Source: Eledone cirrhosa
Lineage: Eukaryota
DNA: 64,000 nt
Direction of reading: 5' to 3'
NCBI GenBank assembly: GCA_964016885.1
Contig: OZ024744.1
Coordinates: 33,356,001-33,420,000, forward strand
Shown here: one piece after another, positions 63,798-64,000 of the stretch
Layout: each line of letters begins with the position of its first letter
Position numbering within the stretch: the stretch's first letter is position 1
The notes under the pieces: generated by a model
What the model saw: the letters and a program-made list of their open reading frames with translations, nothing else
Databases searched by the model: none
Told to the model about the DNA's origin: nothing
Made by a program: the position numbers and the translations under genes

Positions 63798-64000
63798 GTG
63801 ATATTCCCGTAAAATTGGAATTAAACATTTTGTTAATACTTGAGACAATAATAATAGTAATTATTATTATGATGCTGGGATTGGTGGTGGTGGTGGTGAA
63901 ATTGCCGTTATCTGGCTGTTATATTTAGTGTACACAGCGGGGTGATGGGGTAGGTGGTGTATCAAGTCTCTGGTGTTGGTGAAATTGCTGTTATTTGGCT

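Overview
Eukaryotic, gene-free, repeat-saturated 64 kb, most likely from an octopus or another cephalopod. That assignment is an inference from the very dense (TA)n/(CA)n/(ATAC)n/(GATA)n microsatellites, a tRNA-derived SINE resembling octopus SINEs, and the mix of retroelements. I see no credible host protein-coding gene, and most of the supplied ORFs are translated microsatellites. Mobile elements present: (1) many Penelope-like elements (PLEs), including a near full-length Naiad-type element at 46.05-49.80 kb, other Naiad pieces, a Penelope/Poseidon-type RT-GIY-YIG ORF and Neptune-type 3' ends; (2) a nearly intact L1/Tx1-clade element inside a (GATA)n repeat; (3) an R4/Dong-type element plus fragments; (4) several RTE LINEs, a ~600 bp non-autonomous RTE derivative in tandem arrays, and a CRE 3' end; (5) piggyBac and Tc1/mariner remnants, SINEs, and a three-unit non-autonomous Helitron array. 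The main unannotated signal is RNA structure. About 20 type I hammerhead ribozyme motifs (stem I-CUGANGA-stem II-GAAA-short stem III-UH-stem I') from many unrelated PLE families can be read by eye. Several lie as back-to-back pairs in short fold-back mini-elements in (TA)n tracts, two have ~100 nt stem II expansions, and one family's hammerhead-bearing pLTR has been captured by a Helitron next to the Naiad. All structures were folded by eye, and boundaries may be off by a few to tens of bases.
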